Positions 37,597-52,573 of a DNA stretch of 64,000 nt are shown piece after piece. Numbering within the stretch: position 1 is the stretch's first letter; each line of letters starts with the position of its first letter. The translations under genes were made by a program, and so were the position numbers. The DNA comes from Nemertoderma westbladi (taxonomy: Eukaryota; Animalia; Xenacoelomorpha), in the NCBI GenBank assembly GCA_032718475.1, contig JAUCBJ010008594.1, positions 1 to 64,000 of the forward strand, in the 5' to 3' direction. The notes under the pieces are model-generated. The model did not search any database. It worked only from the letters and a program-made list of their open reading frames with translations, and had not been told where the DNA came from.

Positions 37597-39875
37597 CTAC
37601 TACTACTACTAGGATCGGCATGCTGCATTGCAGCTACATTTTTAAGAATGCTGTGCCGGCTTATCGACAAAATTGCACCACCACAACTCCCTATCACCCA
37701 TGACATTTGCTAGATCATCCGCATCTTCAAGGCCAGTGTCCTTTAAGATGCGTCTCAAGAAAGTCATGGGCTGTCCACCATGCTTATTCACTCCATGAGG
37801 CAGCCAAAGTACAAGATTATGTACTGGCTGGTCCTCACGGCGAAAGCAATGTCCTGCAAAGCGGGGGCGATTTTGTTCTAGTGTCAAGCTTGGGGGAACC
37901 AATGAGACACCTCCAATGTTATACAGTGTCTGGTTGGAGATGTGTGCATTGTATTTACTTGACACAATTAACCCGGCGTAGCATTCTTGTGATTGTGCCA
38001 TCCAGAGATTTGGTGTCCTCAGCAGTTAGAGCCCAGCATGGACTCCCATAGAGAAGTACTGGAACTACTGCTGCTATAAATAATCGGACCTTAAGTTTCC
38101 GATTAATTCTCAGTGACTTCCAAATCCTGGAAAGCCTATTCAAGGCTGCCCATGCCTTTCCCTTACGTATTCGAAGGTCCTGACTTCCGGATCCATGATC
38201 AAAGGTAACAGAAGTCATCCACATGCTCAAGCATACCATCTTTTGAGCTTATGCTCATCCGATCAGAGACTTGCAGAGGACTTTCAAAGTTAACTGTCAA
38301 AATTTGGTCTTTCTGGAGTTAATAAAAAGACCAACACTAGAAGCAGCATGTTCTAATGAGCTGAGGAGCCGTTGGGCTCCCTCTAATGATTCTGAGAGTA
38401 CTCCTAAGTCATCAGCAAAGTCTAGATCAGTTAGGTACTTGGCAGGATTTCCTCGACTTCTGGAGCCAGTAGGTGGAGTTATCATCACCCCCTCATCATT
38501 ATGATGATCTAAGGACATGCGTAGAACATAGTCAACAACAATTATGAACAAGAATGGTGCAAGTGTGTCTCCCTGGAGGACGCCCCATAACAATTCAAAT
38601 GGTTATGTGTCACCGTCAACAGTAGACACAAATGTTTTCGAACCATCGTGTACTGATCTGATTGCTGCAATAATTTCATCAGGAATCCCATATAATGAAA
38701 GTATGCTGAACATACGTAAGCGAGAGACTGAATCAAAGATAACAGTCAGATGCCTGTCTTTCTTTTTTGATAACTCTTCAATTATCCTTCTAAGTGCCAA
38801 AATGGGCTCCATGGTCCCACGACCTTTACGGAACCCATTCTGATTTCCACGGAGCAGTCTCTCAATGGGATCCCTGATGCGATTTAATGGAATTCTATTG
38901 TATAGCTTTGCAGCAATTGAGATCAATGAGATTCCCCGAAAAGAACCATAGAGTGTTAGGTTGCCCTTCTTGGGAACTGGCACCAACTTATTTGTTTTCA
39001 TTTCTTGTGGGACTCTTGTTGTTCGGTACATGTCTACTATGATGGGATAGATGAGTTTTAAACACTTAGGTATTTTAAAGACCTCAGGGGGAACACCATC
39101 TACTCCACTGGCATGATTGGTCTTAATGCTCTTTGCAGCAGCCTTCACTTCTGCAAAGGAGATATCACCAATGGGAATATCTGGGAGTACAGATTCAGAC
39201 ACTTTTACTTCTATAAAGTTATCAGGCAATACCCTGTCATTATTGAGGAGCTTTTCAAAGTGGGCCTTCCAACCATTGAGGCGATCGGCTGGTGATTCAG
39301 CCTTAACCTTGGTGGTTGGTTGGCTTTTTCGACCAGCAAGCAAGTTGATCGATCTCCATTCCTGGGATGATTGCCTGCTGTCGTTAGCATCATTGATGGC
39401 ATCAACCTGTTGGTTTATTAGCTCCTGTAAATTAACAGAGTACTGCCTGTTCAGGGACCTAGATGCAGCCTTAACTGCATTCTTTGCCGCTGTAGTCTGT
39501 TTGAGTCGGGACTCTTTCTGTGCCTTCTAGAGGTCATTTCGGCACTTCTGAATTTTGTTGTCAGTCCAGGGGGCCCTTTTCCTGTTTCGAGGGTATACAG
39601 GAACTGTTTCTGCAGCTGCTAACTTAACTGCCTCTGTGAAGGCAGTATAGCCCTCACAGTGATCTGCCGCCTCAGAGGCAAGAACCTCATACCTGTTGCT
39701 CAGCTTTAGTGTGAAGCTGGATCTCACACTTGGCTGTTGCAACAGAGAGGACCAGTCATGCCGTGGTAAGGCAGATTTCGTTGTTCTGCTAGCACGCAGA
39801 CTAAGTCTTACCTTGGCCACAATAAGGTGGTGATCACTGGAGAAGGGTCGTAATGTAAATGCATTACAGTCAATG
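37597..39875 (-). mobile_element. 5'-truncated, frameshifted RTE-like LINE
   Basis: Endonuclease end SDHH, NQNGFRKGR, GVLQGDTLAPFLF and DFADD motifs; (TAG)n tail at ~37597-37612. Confidence 0.9.
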
Positions 39876-42800
39876 TCACCTCTTTATTTTCTTCATTTTC
39901 CGTCAATTTTTTAATAATTTTCTGCATTATATTCTTATTTTCGAGTAATTGTCTCAATATTTCCTCTTTATTATCATTTTCCACCTCTGTTTAATCCTCA
40001 TTTCATCCTCCTACTTCTCTTCCTCACTTTTTTCACTTTCCTGACCTTCACTTTCTTCATCTTTCTGTTCCTCGCTTTCTTCATTCTCCCCCTGATCATC
40101 ACTTTCTTCATTCATATTTTTATTCTCGCCTTCTTCGTATGCTACGTGTGTACTTCCTGGATGGAGATATGAGTGAATTAGAACTACATATGTTCTCCGA
40201 TGCATCCCTGGAAGCATATGGTGCTGTGCTTTATTTGGTACAGCGGAAGGGGACTCATAAGCCCAGGTTTGCGTTCAGTAAAGCGAGGTCGACGCCACCA
40301 GATTCAGCATCAGTACCAAAACTCGAGCTGACGGCTGCAAGACTAGGAGTGAGAGCAACAGCGTACTTGGTGGAGACGATACCAAGTATAGTAGAGACAC
40401 ACTACTGGACAGATTCCATGGTAGTATTAGGATGGTTGCATAATGAAAAGATGTGTTATCCCATATTCATAGCGAATCGAGCAGACGAGATAAGGGCAAC
40501 AACGGACTTGGACAAGTGGCACTACTGCCCAACTGAAGACAATCCGGCGGACTTGCTATCGAGGGGCGTACAACGCCACGCTTTCTTGAGAAAGCAGGAG
40601 TTGTGGCAGCATGGTCCACACTTCCTCAATGACAGGTCGAAGTGGCCATTGATGAGGAAAGTAGATCCAAGTGGAGAATAAGTAGTAGTAGAGGATGAAG
40701 GAAACGAATCAGAGGGGGAAGAAATATTTAGCCAGTTAGTGAGGGAGATTAAGGAGGCACCACCACGATCTAAAATGATAGAGTCGTGCGAGAATCAAAC
40801 AGATAGGTTACTCAATTACAGCTCTAGTTGGTATAAGACGAAGAAGCTAGTGGCATATCTGAGGGCCTATGGAGAATTCCTTAGGGGGCTAGTATGGGCA
40901 GCAAGATAATACCCACCATTGATCTGGAAGGGGTGGCTAAAGCCGTGATACGATACGAACAAGGGAAGGGATACGGAGACGAAGTTGACCGTATTAGGAA
41001 ACAGCAACGCCTTTGTCAGGACAGTGAGATCAACACGCTGACACCCAACTGGCTGAGGATGGATTCCTGGTCATGAACTCCAGGGTGGTTAATAACACCA
41101 GTGCCATAATTCCACCAAAACCAACAATAATCCCTAATAAGTCACCGATAGTCCACCAGATCATATGGGACACCCATAAGGCCATACTACATGGTGGTAC
41201 CAACCCAACCCTAACCGAGATCAGGAAGAGATATTGGGTGATCCAACTTAGAAAGATGGTGAAGGCGGTAGTGGGGCAATGCTAGACATGCCGACGGATG
41301 AAGAAGGAGAGGGCGCCACTGCCGACTAACAGGGTGCGACATCACGACCCACCATTCACACACTGCAGCGTGGACATGTTTGGGCCGATCAAGATCAAAG
41401 TGATGCGGCACACAGAGAGGCATTACGGCATTATCTTAGTTTGTAATAATATGAGTGCCGTGGGGATAGAACTGGCTCAGGACGCTACGGCATCAGCATT
41501 CATCAATGCCTTGGAGAGATTCGTGACCCGCAGGGGAGGGACGGTCGAAGTATTATACTCCGACAATGGGACTAACTTTGTTGGTGCAGAAAACGAGTTA
41601 GCGGAGGCCTTTGAGATCTTGGAGGGCGAAGACATTAAGGCAGCGATGAGGAAGCACCTGATTAGATGGGAAAGGAGGACGCTATACGCATCACATACGC
41701 TGGGCTGCGTAGAACACCTCGTCAGAAGCTCTAAGCAGCGGATGACCAAACTCATGAACAATCATATGGTGACCGAGGATGTATTGAGGACAGTGTTGGC
41801 GAAGTGTGAGGGGATTATCAACAGCCGACCGCTGTATCCCGATAACAATGATCCAGAATCACTGGACGTTCTGACACCAGCACATATATTAATGGAGAGA
41901 CCAGTGACGATTGACATGCAAAACATTGACCCAGATGATATAAACTCGCATCAGAGCTGGAAGCTGGCTAAGGCGATAGGTGCAGAGTATTGGAAAAGGT
42001 GAATTCAAGAGTACCTACCAACGCTGCACAAAAGGAGCAAGTGGAGGAATAATCAGAGGGAGCTTAGGAAGGGTGACTTGATAATCGTGACAGATGATAC
42101 GATTATCAATAATCACTGGAGGCTGGCGAGGGTAGTCGAATGCTACCCCGGCGAGGACGGAAAGATCAGATCCGTGGAGGTCAGAATCGGAGGAAAGATT
42201 GGGGCGAAGGAATGGAAGACCTACAGGAGGGCGGTAGGGAAGTGTTGCCTATTGGAGTGAGTGCCCTAATTAGTTGAGTCATCCAATAAATTGGACTGAG
42301 GGGTGTGGGAATGAGGACGAGACGCCCTTCCCACACACAAAAATAAAATAATAAAAATAAAAAGTGAGAATAATACGTGAAGAAAGTAAATACGTGAGTT
42401 AGATGAGTAGTAGTGTGCCAAGGTACATATAATTAGTTTAGGTAGGCATTATGTACGTCTGATGGGTACGGACATACCAATGTACATAATGTTTAGGTGT
42501 AGGTAGTTATAATTACATACGTCAGATGGGTACGAATGTACCAATGTACATAGTTTACATTCACACCAAAAATGCCGGGTCAATGGGACCAATATCAGTA
42601 TATAATATGATGGGTCAGTTCATGGGACTCGTGTGCCACACGAAGCAGACATGTGCAGACGAATATATAAGATATAACATACGTACTATAGTCTGGTACA
42701 ACCTTTTCCAATTAGCTACTGGGACTGGGGACTAATTGACTATAACAGGAGGACGAGACATAAGACGGATCCCATTTCTCAAGTGCCGAATGTGATGAAT

Positions 42801-43059
42801 GAGAATGTGGGAACCCGACAGGAGCGTATGGAAAGTGAGAGCAAAGGGGGTTGAGTATTGGGGAAGTATGGGAGGGGAGGTACGAGAGTTAGGGGGGGGG
42901 GGGGGGGGAAGTGAAGAGTGCGAGATCCAAGTGTGGGGGCGAGCAGTATAGAGGATGAGTCCTAAGGGACTAGTGAGTGAGGAGATTGGACGATAGCGTC
43001 CAGGGTAAAATTGTGTGAGGAGAGAGGGTGATCATCTAAACAGAGACGCCAGATGCCTT

Positions 43060-46000
43060 GGTACACCTTAGCTCGCATCCCCTAAGGATGGGTAGTAAAA
43101 ACTGTTATGATTAACTCATTAAACGAGAGAAAGCCGCCCCAATATTAGATTATTACAACAACATATCCATTGGGTAAGAAAGTGGAGGAGAGCCAGCCCG
43201 TCTCTTAATTTTTTACTTTATATTACGCGATCAATTTTCACTCATCTCGTCATGAACCCAACATGTATGTAACCTTTTGTTAAATTTGTTGGCTATGCGT
43301 TTGCGGTTGTTTGGGCGGAGTGTGGTAGGCCTACACTTTTCACACTTAAATATTTTGGTTGTGAAATGTTACAGGGCATAGCTATCTGAGATATTTCATT
43401 TATATTTTATTATGAGAGGAAGAAGAACATACAACGTTATTTACTATATATGTAACAAAATAATTGTTTTCGGGTTTAACTTGGAAGCCTCCCCAAATAG
43501 TTGATATACAATTATATTTAAAATTATTTCCATGGTCATGGTCATTCACCCGTCTTTAGTTAGAAATTTGTTTGCATGAAAGACAGTTCAGTTTAGTTTT
43601 TACTGATTTATTATCTCTTATCTGACTGGGGTAATAATAAAGGATAGGATAAATGGAAGCAAAGTGTGACAGTAACAAATATTTCCCCGTCACCCTAGCA
43701 TGTCTTAAGTAATGATATATCAAAGGGGGAAGTTTGGATTCACTGCATAAATGCAGTTCACCAAACTTCCCCCGAATGCACACTGTAACTTCCCCCTTCC
43801 CCCAAATATCCACTGTTGAATTAATTTGAAGCGATATAATAAGTACAAAATTGTGCGAGTTTTTAATTGTGTGTTCCAATTGTTATTTGATTTCTATTTA
43901 TTATTTAAAGTGCATTTAATATCACACTGGTTTTTAGAATATTATACTATACAACCTTATGTTTTATTAATTTACCCAATCGAAGCCTCATAAGGGCCGG
44001 TTATTTGTACGCATATCCCCTAATGCGCTCAGTAAGGTTCAAACAACATATTAATATGAAAATAAAGTATCTGCAAAGAAAATAACCCAATACTATATAA
44101 TTTGACCTTATTAAAAAATTTGCACTTTTGCACACTTATTTGTATAAATGCACTTTAGCAGATCGTAATGGTGGCTCTTATTTAACAAACTTATGTTTAT
44201 CCTCTACCGATCTACGATGGTGTATGATCAAGTGTCATTCGCTAAAAGTGTCAAAAATCCAATTTAATAAATCTGGATTTGCGATTTTGGACCATATTCA
44301 TGGATATTTTAAGTCACTTTATAGACATAAAAAGTTAAACAAATGTTACGATTATAGTTAGAAATCATTCCAAACTACATTTTAATCCAAAAAATAACAT
44401 TCTACGATGAATAGAACTGGAAATAATAGTGTTTGAAATATCGAAAAAATGTTCACTATTTAAGTGCATTTTGCACTAAGTGCACATGCGTCTTTTCCCA
44501 AGTTGTATCCTATTTCACAAATTACAATCTATCCTCTATCCAATGAAAAAAGTTTCAGATTAAACGGCCCAGTAGAACCGAAGTTATTGATGTTTAAAAA
44601 TAGTCACCCGAAAATTTCAAATTCTCTTGGTCACATAGTCTAGTGGTTATCAATCACGTTAATGAAACTTAAGTTCGCGGGTTCGAAATCAAATATTGAC
44701 CTGACCATTCTTAATTTTTTTTGCAAAAAAAATTATTTTTATTTTTTCACTAAAATCGCTATAACTTCGGTTCTGGTGGTCAAAATTCAATAAAATTGGT
44801 ATATTCTTTGCCGTAATTTTTTTCTTAATCTTTTGAGAAGGGGTTATTTTGGGCCCCAAAAAAATTTAAAAAAAGGGCCAAAATAACGCGATATTTTTCG
44901 ACCCTTAAAATTCGTAATTTTAATTATATATGTTAAGATAAAAGATAGCGGAGTTAATTTGATACTTTTTACAGGTACTTTTGGCGCAATACGCTAAATT
45001 ATAATGGAATAGCGATTTGTTAAAAAAAAAATTTTTCGTCCCTTTTTATAAATATTATATTTCACACGATCGCCTGCCGCTCCAGTTTTATAATACCTCC
45101 CCAGCGCTGTGATTAACGCTGTTAGATAGATAATTTAACGCACTATAAGTCTGTGTAAACAAATCTCCCGTAAGTTAAGTAGTTTTCGAGCTAGACGATT
45201 TCCCGCGAAGCAAGTTTGAAGCGCGAAATTATAATTTTGGCCCTCATTTTTTTAATATCATCCTTGGAGCAAAACCGATAGCATATTTGAATTCCCCGTA
45301 TGGATATTGACTGTATAGAATGTACCTTAACCAACTAAAGTTAAAAATAAAAAATTATTCGATAAAAACTACTTTACAAATTCTGGCCCTTTTTGGCCCC
45401 TATTGCCGACATATTTTTTGTACCCCCATTCGATAGGAACGTAGCCCCAATGGTCTTCTACGAGTTTCATAAAAGAATTAGTGGATTCCTACCCGCGTTG
45501 TCGAATTAAACATTTCGGAAATAAGTTTTCCAAAAAAGACGGACAAAAACGTACAAATTTACAGCCCCTTTTTCCACCCGAAATTTTAATAAATATCTTA
45601 CCCCCATTCGATACGAAGGTAGTACCACTCTTCCCCTTTCCAACCGCGTTACTTTCGTCCCCGTACGATTAATATTAGCCGAGTTATAGCGGATCCCGCA
45701 AAGTCATTTTGTCCGTTTTTTCAACTTTGACGGACATTTTCGGAAAAAAGGCGTGGTAATCTTTTTTGAAAAAAAAAACGAATTCACTAATTAATCCCTT
45801 CTATCGTATCCCGGCGTCGGCTAAGCAATAACCTAGGGTTTTTTCGAGCCACTGTAGAGCGCCTTTCAAAAAAATTTTAAAATTGTCGAAAAAATGACGG
45901 TTTTTTGTCCGCCGTGTCCGTCGAAGGGTTAGATTTAATAATGTTAGAGTTGCTAATATCTTAGAATTCCGAGCCGCTCCCCTGGTGAGAAAATAAAAAA

Positions 46001-46158
46001 ATTTGGTCAGTTCCTTCATCGAAAAGTCCCCCAGAATCCCAAGTTAACCTATATAGTTAGCGATGGCCTGCGGCTTTAGGAGCGGCCGCGGTATTCACCT
46101 CCCTCATAGCGGCCGCGGCGGTGTTGCGTCAAATGGAGAAATATTTATCCCACCAAGA
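43060..46158. mobile_element. Unresolved non-autonomous DNA-transposon-like sequence
   Basis: AT-rich DNA with internal inverted motifs (agaaccgaagttat / ataacttcggttct; repeated cccattcgata), lying inside the split BEL element; termini not resolved. Confidence 0.4.
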
Positions 46159-49100
46159 TGTTCGACGAAAGACAATAAACTCTGAACTGAGACTAATGAC
46201 TAATTATATACTACATTGGTTTATATTAGTACGCCTACTTTATACTGTATAAAGTACTTAACTCTATGCTCTACAGCTGTTGGGTCTTCAGCTGTGGCGA
46301 TATATTAACTTTTACTGTTAATGTACTTGCTTGACTTTTCGTATTATTATTATATTACATTTTCGTATATTTAAATTGATTTGATTTTAACATGGTAGCA
46401 GAGCGTGGTTAGAATGAGTAATGTAATTTTTTTTTGTAAATTGTGTGTAAATGTAATTATTTGAGTACTGGGGACTATGTCTAGAACAAGTTCAATAAAG
46501 AATCCTCCTCGGGTTGATCCTGCGTTGGATGGATGATTACATATATTGGAAGAAAGAGCTGGCAATATGGGGTGTGTAACGGATATTCCGTCCCCAAAGC
46601 GAGCAGGGATGGTCGTGCTCAATTTAGTTGGGCGTGCTAAAGAAAGGGCTCTTAATCTAACTGCGAATGAAATGAAATGAATTAGAAACTCTTTTACAAC
46701 TATTAGATGAAGCATTTCAAACGCCAGCTGATGATAGGGCGTACTCAGCATACATGAAGTTTAAAGGAAATAGGCGGGAGTCACATACATCAATGAGAGA
46801 CTATGTTCTGCAATTTGAAAAGTTGTATGCGGAAATGAGACAATATGATATGACTCTCAGTGATGTAGTCGTAGCTTCTGAGTTGTTATACATTGCAAAT
46901 GTGGATGAGCGGGAAAAACGAATGATATTTGCATCATCGACATTGAAGTTCAATGATATACAATCGACGTTACTTCGAACTTATTCAGGGATGTCTTCAG
47001 CTACAGGATGTGATCGAGTAATTAAGACAGAAGAGGTATATGAGACGCAGAGCTTAGGCATGGATAATCATGGGAACAACCAAGGCTGTTTTTGGAATAG
47101 AAGACAAAATTGGGGGAGTCGTGGTAGATCGTTTCGTGGAGGTTATCAGCGTGGACGAGGTCGTCAGATTGGAAATAATTTCAATGAATATAGGAGGTCA
47201 GGACCAGGGCCATCAGCAGCATATCGATGGACTATATGCGATTCGTCCATGCATTGTTATCGTGATTGTCCACATAAGGAGCAACGTGGAGAACAACCAT
47301 CAGCATCATTCATGGTTATATCATCACATTCGTTGTGTCTGCATTTGGATGAGAAGGAATATTAATTTTGCAAGGCTATGTTCTGTACGATAATTCCCGT
47401 TTGGATTGCGGGTAAAAAACATACCTTAAAGGTAGAGATTATTGCAGGTGATCTACCATTACTGATTTCAGTTGAATCATTGAAGAAGATGGATGTAATC
47501 ATTGACTTTACGAACCATACAATGACTGTAAGAAATGACTTGGTACCTCTAAAGGAAATTCAGTCTGGACACTATACTATTGATTTGTTTAGTTCTAAGG
47601 TGAGTGAGCATGAATCAGCTCTAGTTGTTAACTTGAACAAGGAGTCAATACTAAAATTACGTAACCAATTCGGACATCCGACATGTGAAAAATTGGGTTC
47701 ATTGCTAACCAACAGTAGTGATCAGGCATTTGATAAAAATCATATTGTTGAAATTAGTGAAAATTGTGAAAGTTGTCAAATTTACAAACGAATGAAACCA
47801 AAACCGATAGTTACTCTACCAATGGCGAATGAATTTAATGAAATGCCATTGATCTAACCCAAATTAAAGACCAGCTGCGTGGTTCTTTTTGGGCAATTCA
47901 TATTATTGATATGTATACAAGTTACAGTATGGTTCTAAGAATAAAGGATAAGCAAAGCACAACAGTACAACATTGTATATTAGATAACTGGATGTCTTTA
48001 TTCGGTAATTCATGAGCCATATTGACTGATAACGGTGGAGAGTTTGCTGCGGCATCTTTCACAGAAATGTGTGATTATTTAAACATTGAACATCTGTCAA
48101 CAGTACCTTATTGCCCATTTTCTAATGGTGTTGTAGACAGACACAATGGTACAATAAAGGAGATATATTATAAGGTCAGTTTGAAAGAGAAAGATTTAAC
48201 TATTGATTCTATTATTCGCATGTCTTGCTTTGCTAAGAACAACAACCACAACAATTCTGGATCTTCTCCTTATCAATTAGTATTCGGTAAATACCCTAGA
48301 ATAAATTCAGCCATTAATGACGACTTAAGACCTCTAGAACCCGCACCTGTTGGGGCAACATTCGAAAAACATCTTAGATGTCTCAGGGAAACAAGAATAG
48401 CATAGACACAGGTGTAAAACTCTGAACGAATTCGCAGAGCTTTGAGATGTAACACACGAGAAGCGGGCCAGAGGTTTATAGAAGGTGAGTCAGTATATTT
48501 TTGACATCGAAACAATCGCCAGTGGAGTGGTCCGGCGCGTGTTGTTAGCCAAGATGGAACTGAAGTGTTAGTAAAACATGGTAGTAGGTCATAGGTTACG
48601 CTGTCATCGAGATGAATTGAGGCGGAATAACAGTATAGATACTTATGACTCTAATGTTGAAATTCCAGGAAATATAGGACAAGAAAAACCTGAAACTGAA
48701 ATAATTTAGATAGAAAACAAAAGTGACATGTCAGATGATGATGAATCCGAAAATAGTGACGAATTACCAGATGTTGGTGGTAATGATGCTGATGATCTTG
48801 TACATGGGTTCAGCAGGAAAACCAACTGTTCAACCTGGGAATTTGGAATCATTAAGAAGATCGACACGTCATCGAAGTGAACTAGATAGATTTGTATCAA
48901 TGTTTGTTAAAGCAAATGAAGAGAAGGACTCAACAGAATTTGATATCCATTGAATCGAACCAAATATAAGGAATATAAATCAGGGGTTGACAATAATGCC
49001 TCTGAAGAAATAAATGGAGATGATATTAATGATAATTCTACTTCAACTGTGATTTCGACACGGTGGGTGTTGACATACAAAGGTGATGGGGAAGATAAGT

Positions 49101-49244
49101 ACCCTAAGGCACGTTTAGTAGCAAGGGGATTTGAGGATACGGATGATGTGTTAGGTTATGCCCCAACTGTTACTAAGTATTCAATGAGAATTGCGTTGTC
49201 AATTGCTAGTGACGATGAGTGGTCGGCAGTGTTATTGATTTTAA

Positions 49245-50469
49245 GGCCCCGGTAGCGCTACATGGACATAATTTTTATATTGTCTTGTTAGAGCAACTTC
49301 TCATTGTCAGAAACGACCCTAACTTTGTATGAAGGTCAATGGAAGATTTGTAATTATGAATAAAAATAAAAAAATTCAAGTTTTTAAAAAATTTGGAAAA
49401 ATATTGACAAATATTGACAAATTTTTGGACAAAAATCCAAAAACCTTCAGCAGATTCAATCTTGAGTATTTTTCTTTCTAATATTTCAAATCGCTTCAAA
49501 AATGTATGCTCTTTCGATATCTCGAAGCAAAATTAATAAATAATTAATATTTAATATTATTTAATATTATAATTGATAAATAAATTAACAATTAATTAAA
49601 AATTAATTAACAATTGTCATTTTGGTGCTGTTTTTTGTTTTGTTTATTGTTTAATTTTGACAAATTAAAAATTATAAATATTTTATTCAATTTTGGCCAT
49701 TTATTTCCATATTGGAATGAAACGATCAGAATTTGAGATCGAGATATGTGAAGAGAGCACATCAGAGAACCTCTCTGAGCAAACTTTTTGAAAATTTATT
49801 GAAAATTTAATTATCTGAAGCTTTTTTTAGGCCAGAAAATACCATTCCGAGATAATTGCGTTTAAAATTTGAACCTTCCCGCGCAAAAATTGTCTGTTAA
49901 TATGTGAGAAAGTCTGTCAATATAATTATATCTATCAACAAGAAAGCATAAAACCATGCTAAGAATTTTGCTATGGGGTTTTCCTGGTCGCTGATTTCAT
50001 TTCTGAGGTCAGTTTTCAATTTTAATGAAATCTAGTTTGTCTGTATGTCTGTCTGTCGGTCTTTCTGACCATCCGACTTATCTGTCTGTCAAATATTAGA
50101 AAAAGGCACAGCATTGAGCTAAAAGTTTAGCTATAAAGGTCGCAGAATTAATTTCCAGTGTCAATTTTAACATTTGATGACTTCCAAATTGTCTGTTTGG
50201 CTGTCAGACTGTCGGTTATATTTTGACGGACAGACTGACAGGCATACAGACAGAACCGACGAGGCCTTTAGACAGATCGTATGTTTTTTATTGACGGACA
50301 GACATACTGACGGACAAACCGACAGTAAAACGGACAGACAGCAATATCTCGAGAAGTAGTACAGAACTTGCTAAACGGTTTTCAAATTTGGAATCTTGAT
50401 AAAAATCTGCTCTAGATGAAATTAAAAAAATGTTTTGCAAAAAATTATTGAAGTAGAGCTACCGGGGCC
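49245..50469. mobile_element. TTAA-specific MITE (Kolobok- or Sola-like) inserted in Copia RT
   Basis: ttaa|ggccccggtagcgctac ... gtagagctaccggggcc|ttaa; removing it restores DFKTAF-LQG. Confidence 0.9.
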
Positions 50470-50521
50470 TTAAGACAGCCTTTTGCAGGGACATCAGATA
50501 CAACGAGATGTTTACTTTTAA

Positions 50522-52573
50522 GGGGAGGGGGGGGGGAGGTTCACCCCCCCCCCTTTTTTTCATCATTTTTTTAAATGTGATTTCCGATGTGAAATTTTAT
50601 GGTAATTCCGAATCTGAAATCAGTTTTTCGATAAAGTATTTTGTTCTCGAGTTATGGCAACTTTTGTAATTTTCACCCAAAATTTAAAATTTTTATATTT
50701 TGGTGCAGCACCACATTTGACACCAAAAAAGACCATAAATGTTTTAAATATCCCCAAATATTTTGCCATTTTCGGAATCAGCGCCTAAAATTAGCCTATA
50801 GGTATCAAAACCACAAAAGTAGATTATATTTGAAAAATTTAAAAAATTTTCACTTTTGGTGCATGTTTGTTTGGTCAGTTGTAATCAGGATGAAATTTAA
50901 ATGTCATTTTTCTCGCATTGGCTTTTTTGTGACGCTTTCTCTATCTACTTTTTAACTACTCAACGAATTTTTGTTCTGTTTGCAGAATTATGTAGAGGAA
51001 TATTCCCCGCAAAAATTGTATTAGACAGAATTTTGAAATTTTGTTTAAAAAAAACGTTATAGCATTTTTCGTTTAAAAAATACCGAAAAATCGAAAAAAT
51101 CGAATATTTAGCGATTTTTTACACAAAAAATGCTATAACTTTTTTTTGAAAAAAAATTTCAAAATTCTGTCTATTCAATTTTTGCAGCGAATATTCCTCT
51201 ACATAATGAATGAACAAACAGAATGAAAATCCGTTGAGTAGTTAAAAAGTAGATAGAGAAAATGTCCCAAAAAAAGCCAATGCGAGAAAAATGATATTTA
51301 AATTTCATCCTTATTACAACTGACCAAACATGCACCAAAAGTGAAAATTTTTTCAAATTTTTCAAATATAATCTCTACTTTTGTGGTTTTGATAATTTTG
51401 ATAATTTTTAATTTGTCAAAATTAAACAATATACAAAACAAAAAAAAAACAGCACCAAAATGACAATTGTTAATTAATTTTCGGAATTTTGCTTCGAGAT
51501 ATCGAAAGAGCAAACATTTTTAAGCGATTTGAAATATTAGAAAGGAAAATACTCAAGATTGAATCGGCTGAAGGTTTTTGGATTTTTGTCCAAAAATTTG
51601 TCAATATTTTTCCAAATTTTTGAAAAACGTGAATTTTTTTATATTTATTCATAATTACAAATCTTCCATTGACCTTCATACAAAGTTAGGGTCGTTTCTG
51701 ACAACGAGAAGTTGCTCTAACAAGACAATATAAAAATTATGTCCATGTAGCGCTACCGGGGCCTTAAAATCAATAACACTGCCGACCACTCATCGTCACT
51801 AGCAATTGACAACGCAATTCTCATTGAATACTTAGTAACAGTTGGGGCATAACCTAACACATCATCCGTATCCTCAAATCCCCTTGCTACTAAACGTGCC
51901 TTAGGGTACTTATCTTCCCCATCACCTTTGTATGTCAACACCCACCGTGTCGAAATCACAGTAGAAGTAGAATTATCATTAATATCATCTCCATTTATTT
52001 CTTCAGAGGCATTATTGTCAACCCCTGATTTATATTCCTTATATTTGGTTCGATTCAATGGATATCAAATTCTGTTGAGTCCTTCTCTTCCTTTGCTTTA
52101 ACAAACATCGATACAAATCTATCTGGTTCACTTCGCTGGCGTGTCGATCTTCTTAATGATTCCAAATTCCCAGGTTGAACAGTTGGTTTTCCTGCTGAAC
52201 CCATGTACAAGATCATCAGCATCATTACCACCAACATCTGGTAATTCGTCACTATTTTCGGATTCATCATCATCTGACATGTCACTTTTGTTTTCTATCT
52301 AAATTATTTCAGTTTCAGGTTTTTCTTGTCAGCGTCATATTTTCAGCGCTGATTCCGAAAATGGCAAAATATTTTACATTTATGGATGTTTCATGGTCTT
52401 TTTTGGTGTCAAATGTGGTGCTGCACCATAATTAAAAAATTTCCAATTTTGTGTAAAAATTACAAAAGTTGCCATAACTCGAGAACAAAATACCCTATCG
52501 AAAAACTGATTTCAGATTCGGAATCACCATAACATTTTACATCGGAAAACACATTAAAAAAAAGAAGATCCCC
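50522..52573. mobile_element. Second TTAA-specific, almost fully palindromic MITE in Copia RT
   Basis: ttaa|gggga ... tcccc|ttaa; arms 50570-50790/52345-52560 and 50800-51070/51125-51394; removing it rejoins RDVY-L-IPPKD. Confidence 0.88.
51395..52330 (-). repeat. Inverted duplicate of ~48678-49680 (Copia piece plus left end of the first TTAA MITE)
   Basis: ORF 51753-52058(-) encodes the same protein as 48950-49255(+); the ttaa|ggccccgg junction is copied. Confidence 0.95.

Noticed and set aside
39877-40137. Acidic Glu-rich protein
   Set aside because: Low-complexity fragment between two truncated TEs with stops and no supported start
44630-44700. tRNA gene
   Set aside because: A- and B-box-like motifs are present but there is no convincing cloverleaf; likely a SINE or tRNA relic, as is ~8300-8450
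46080-46120. Two GCGGCCGC (NotI) sites suggesting vector sequence
   Set aside because: No other vector features; more likely a GC hairpin at a repeat end
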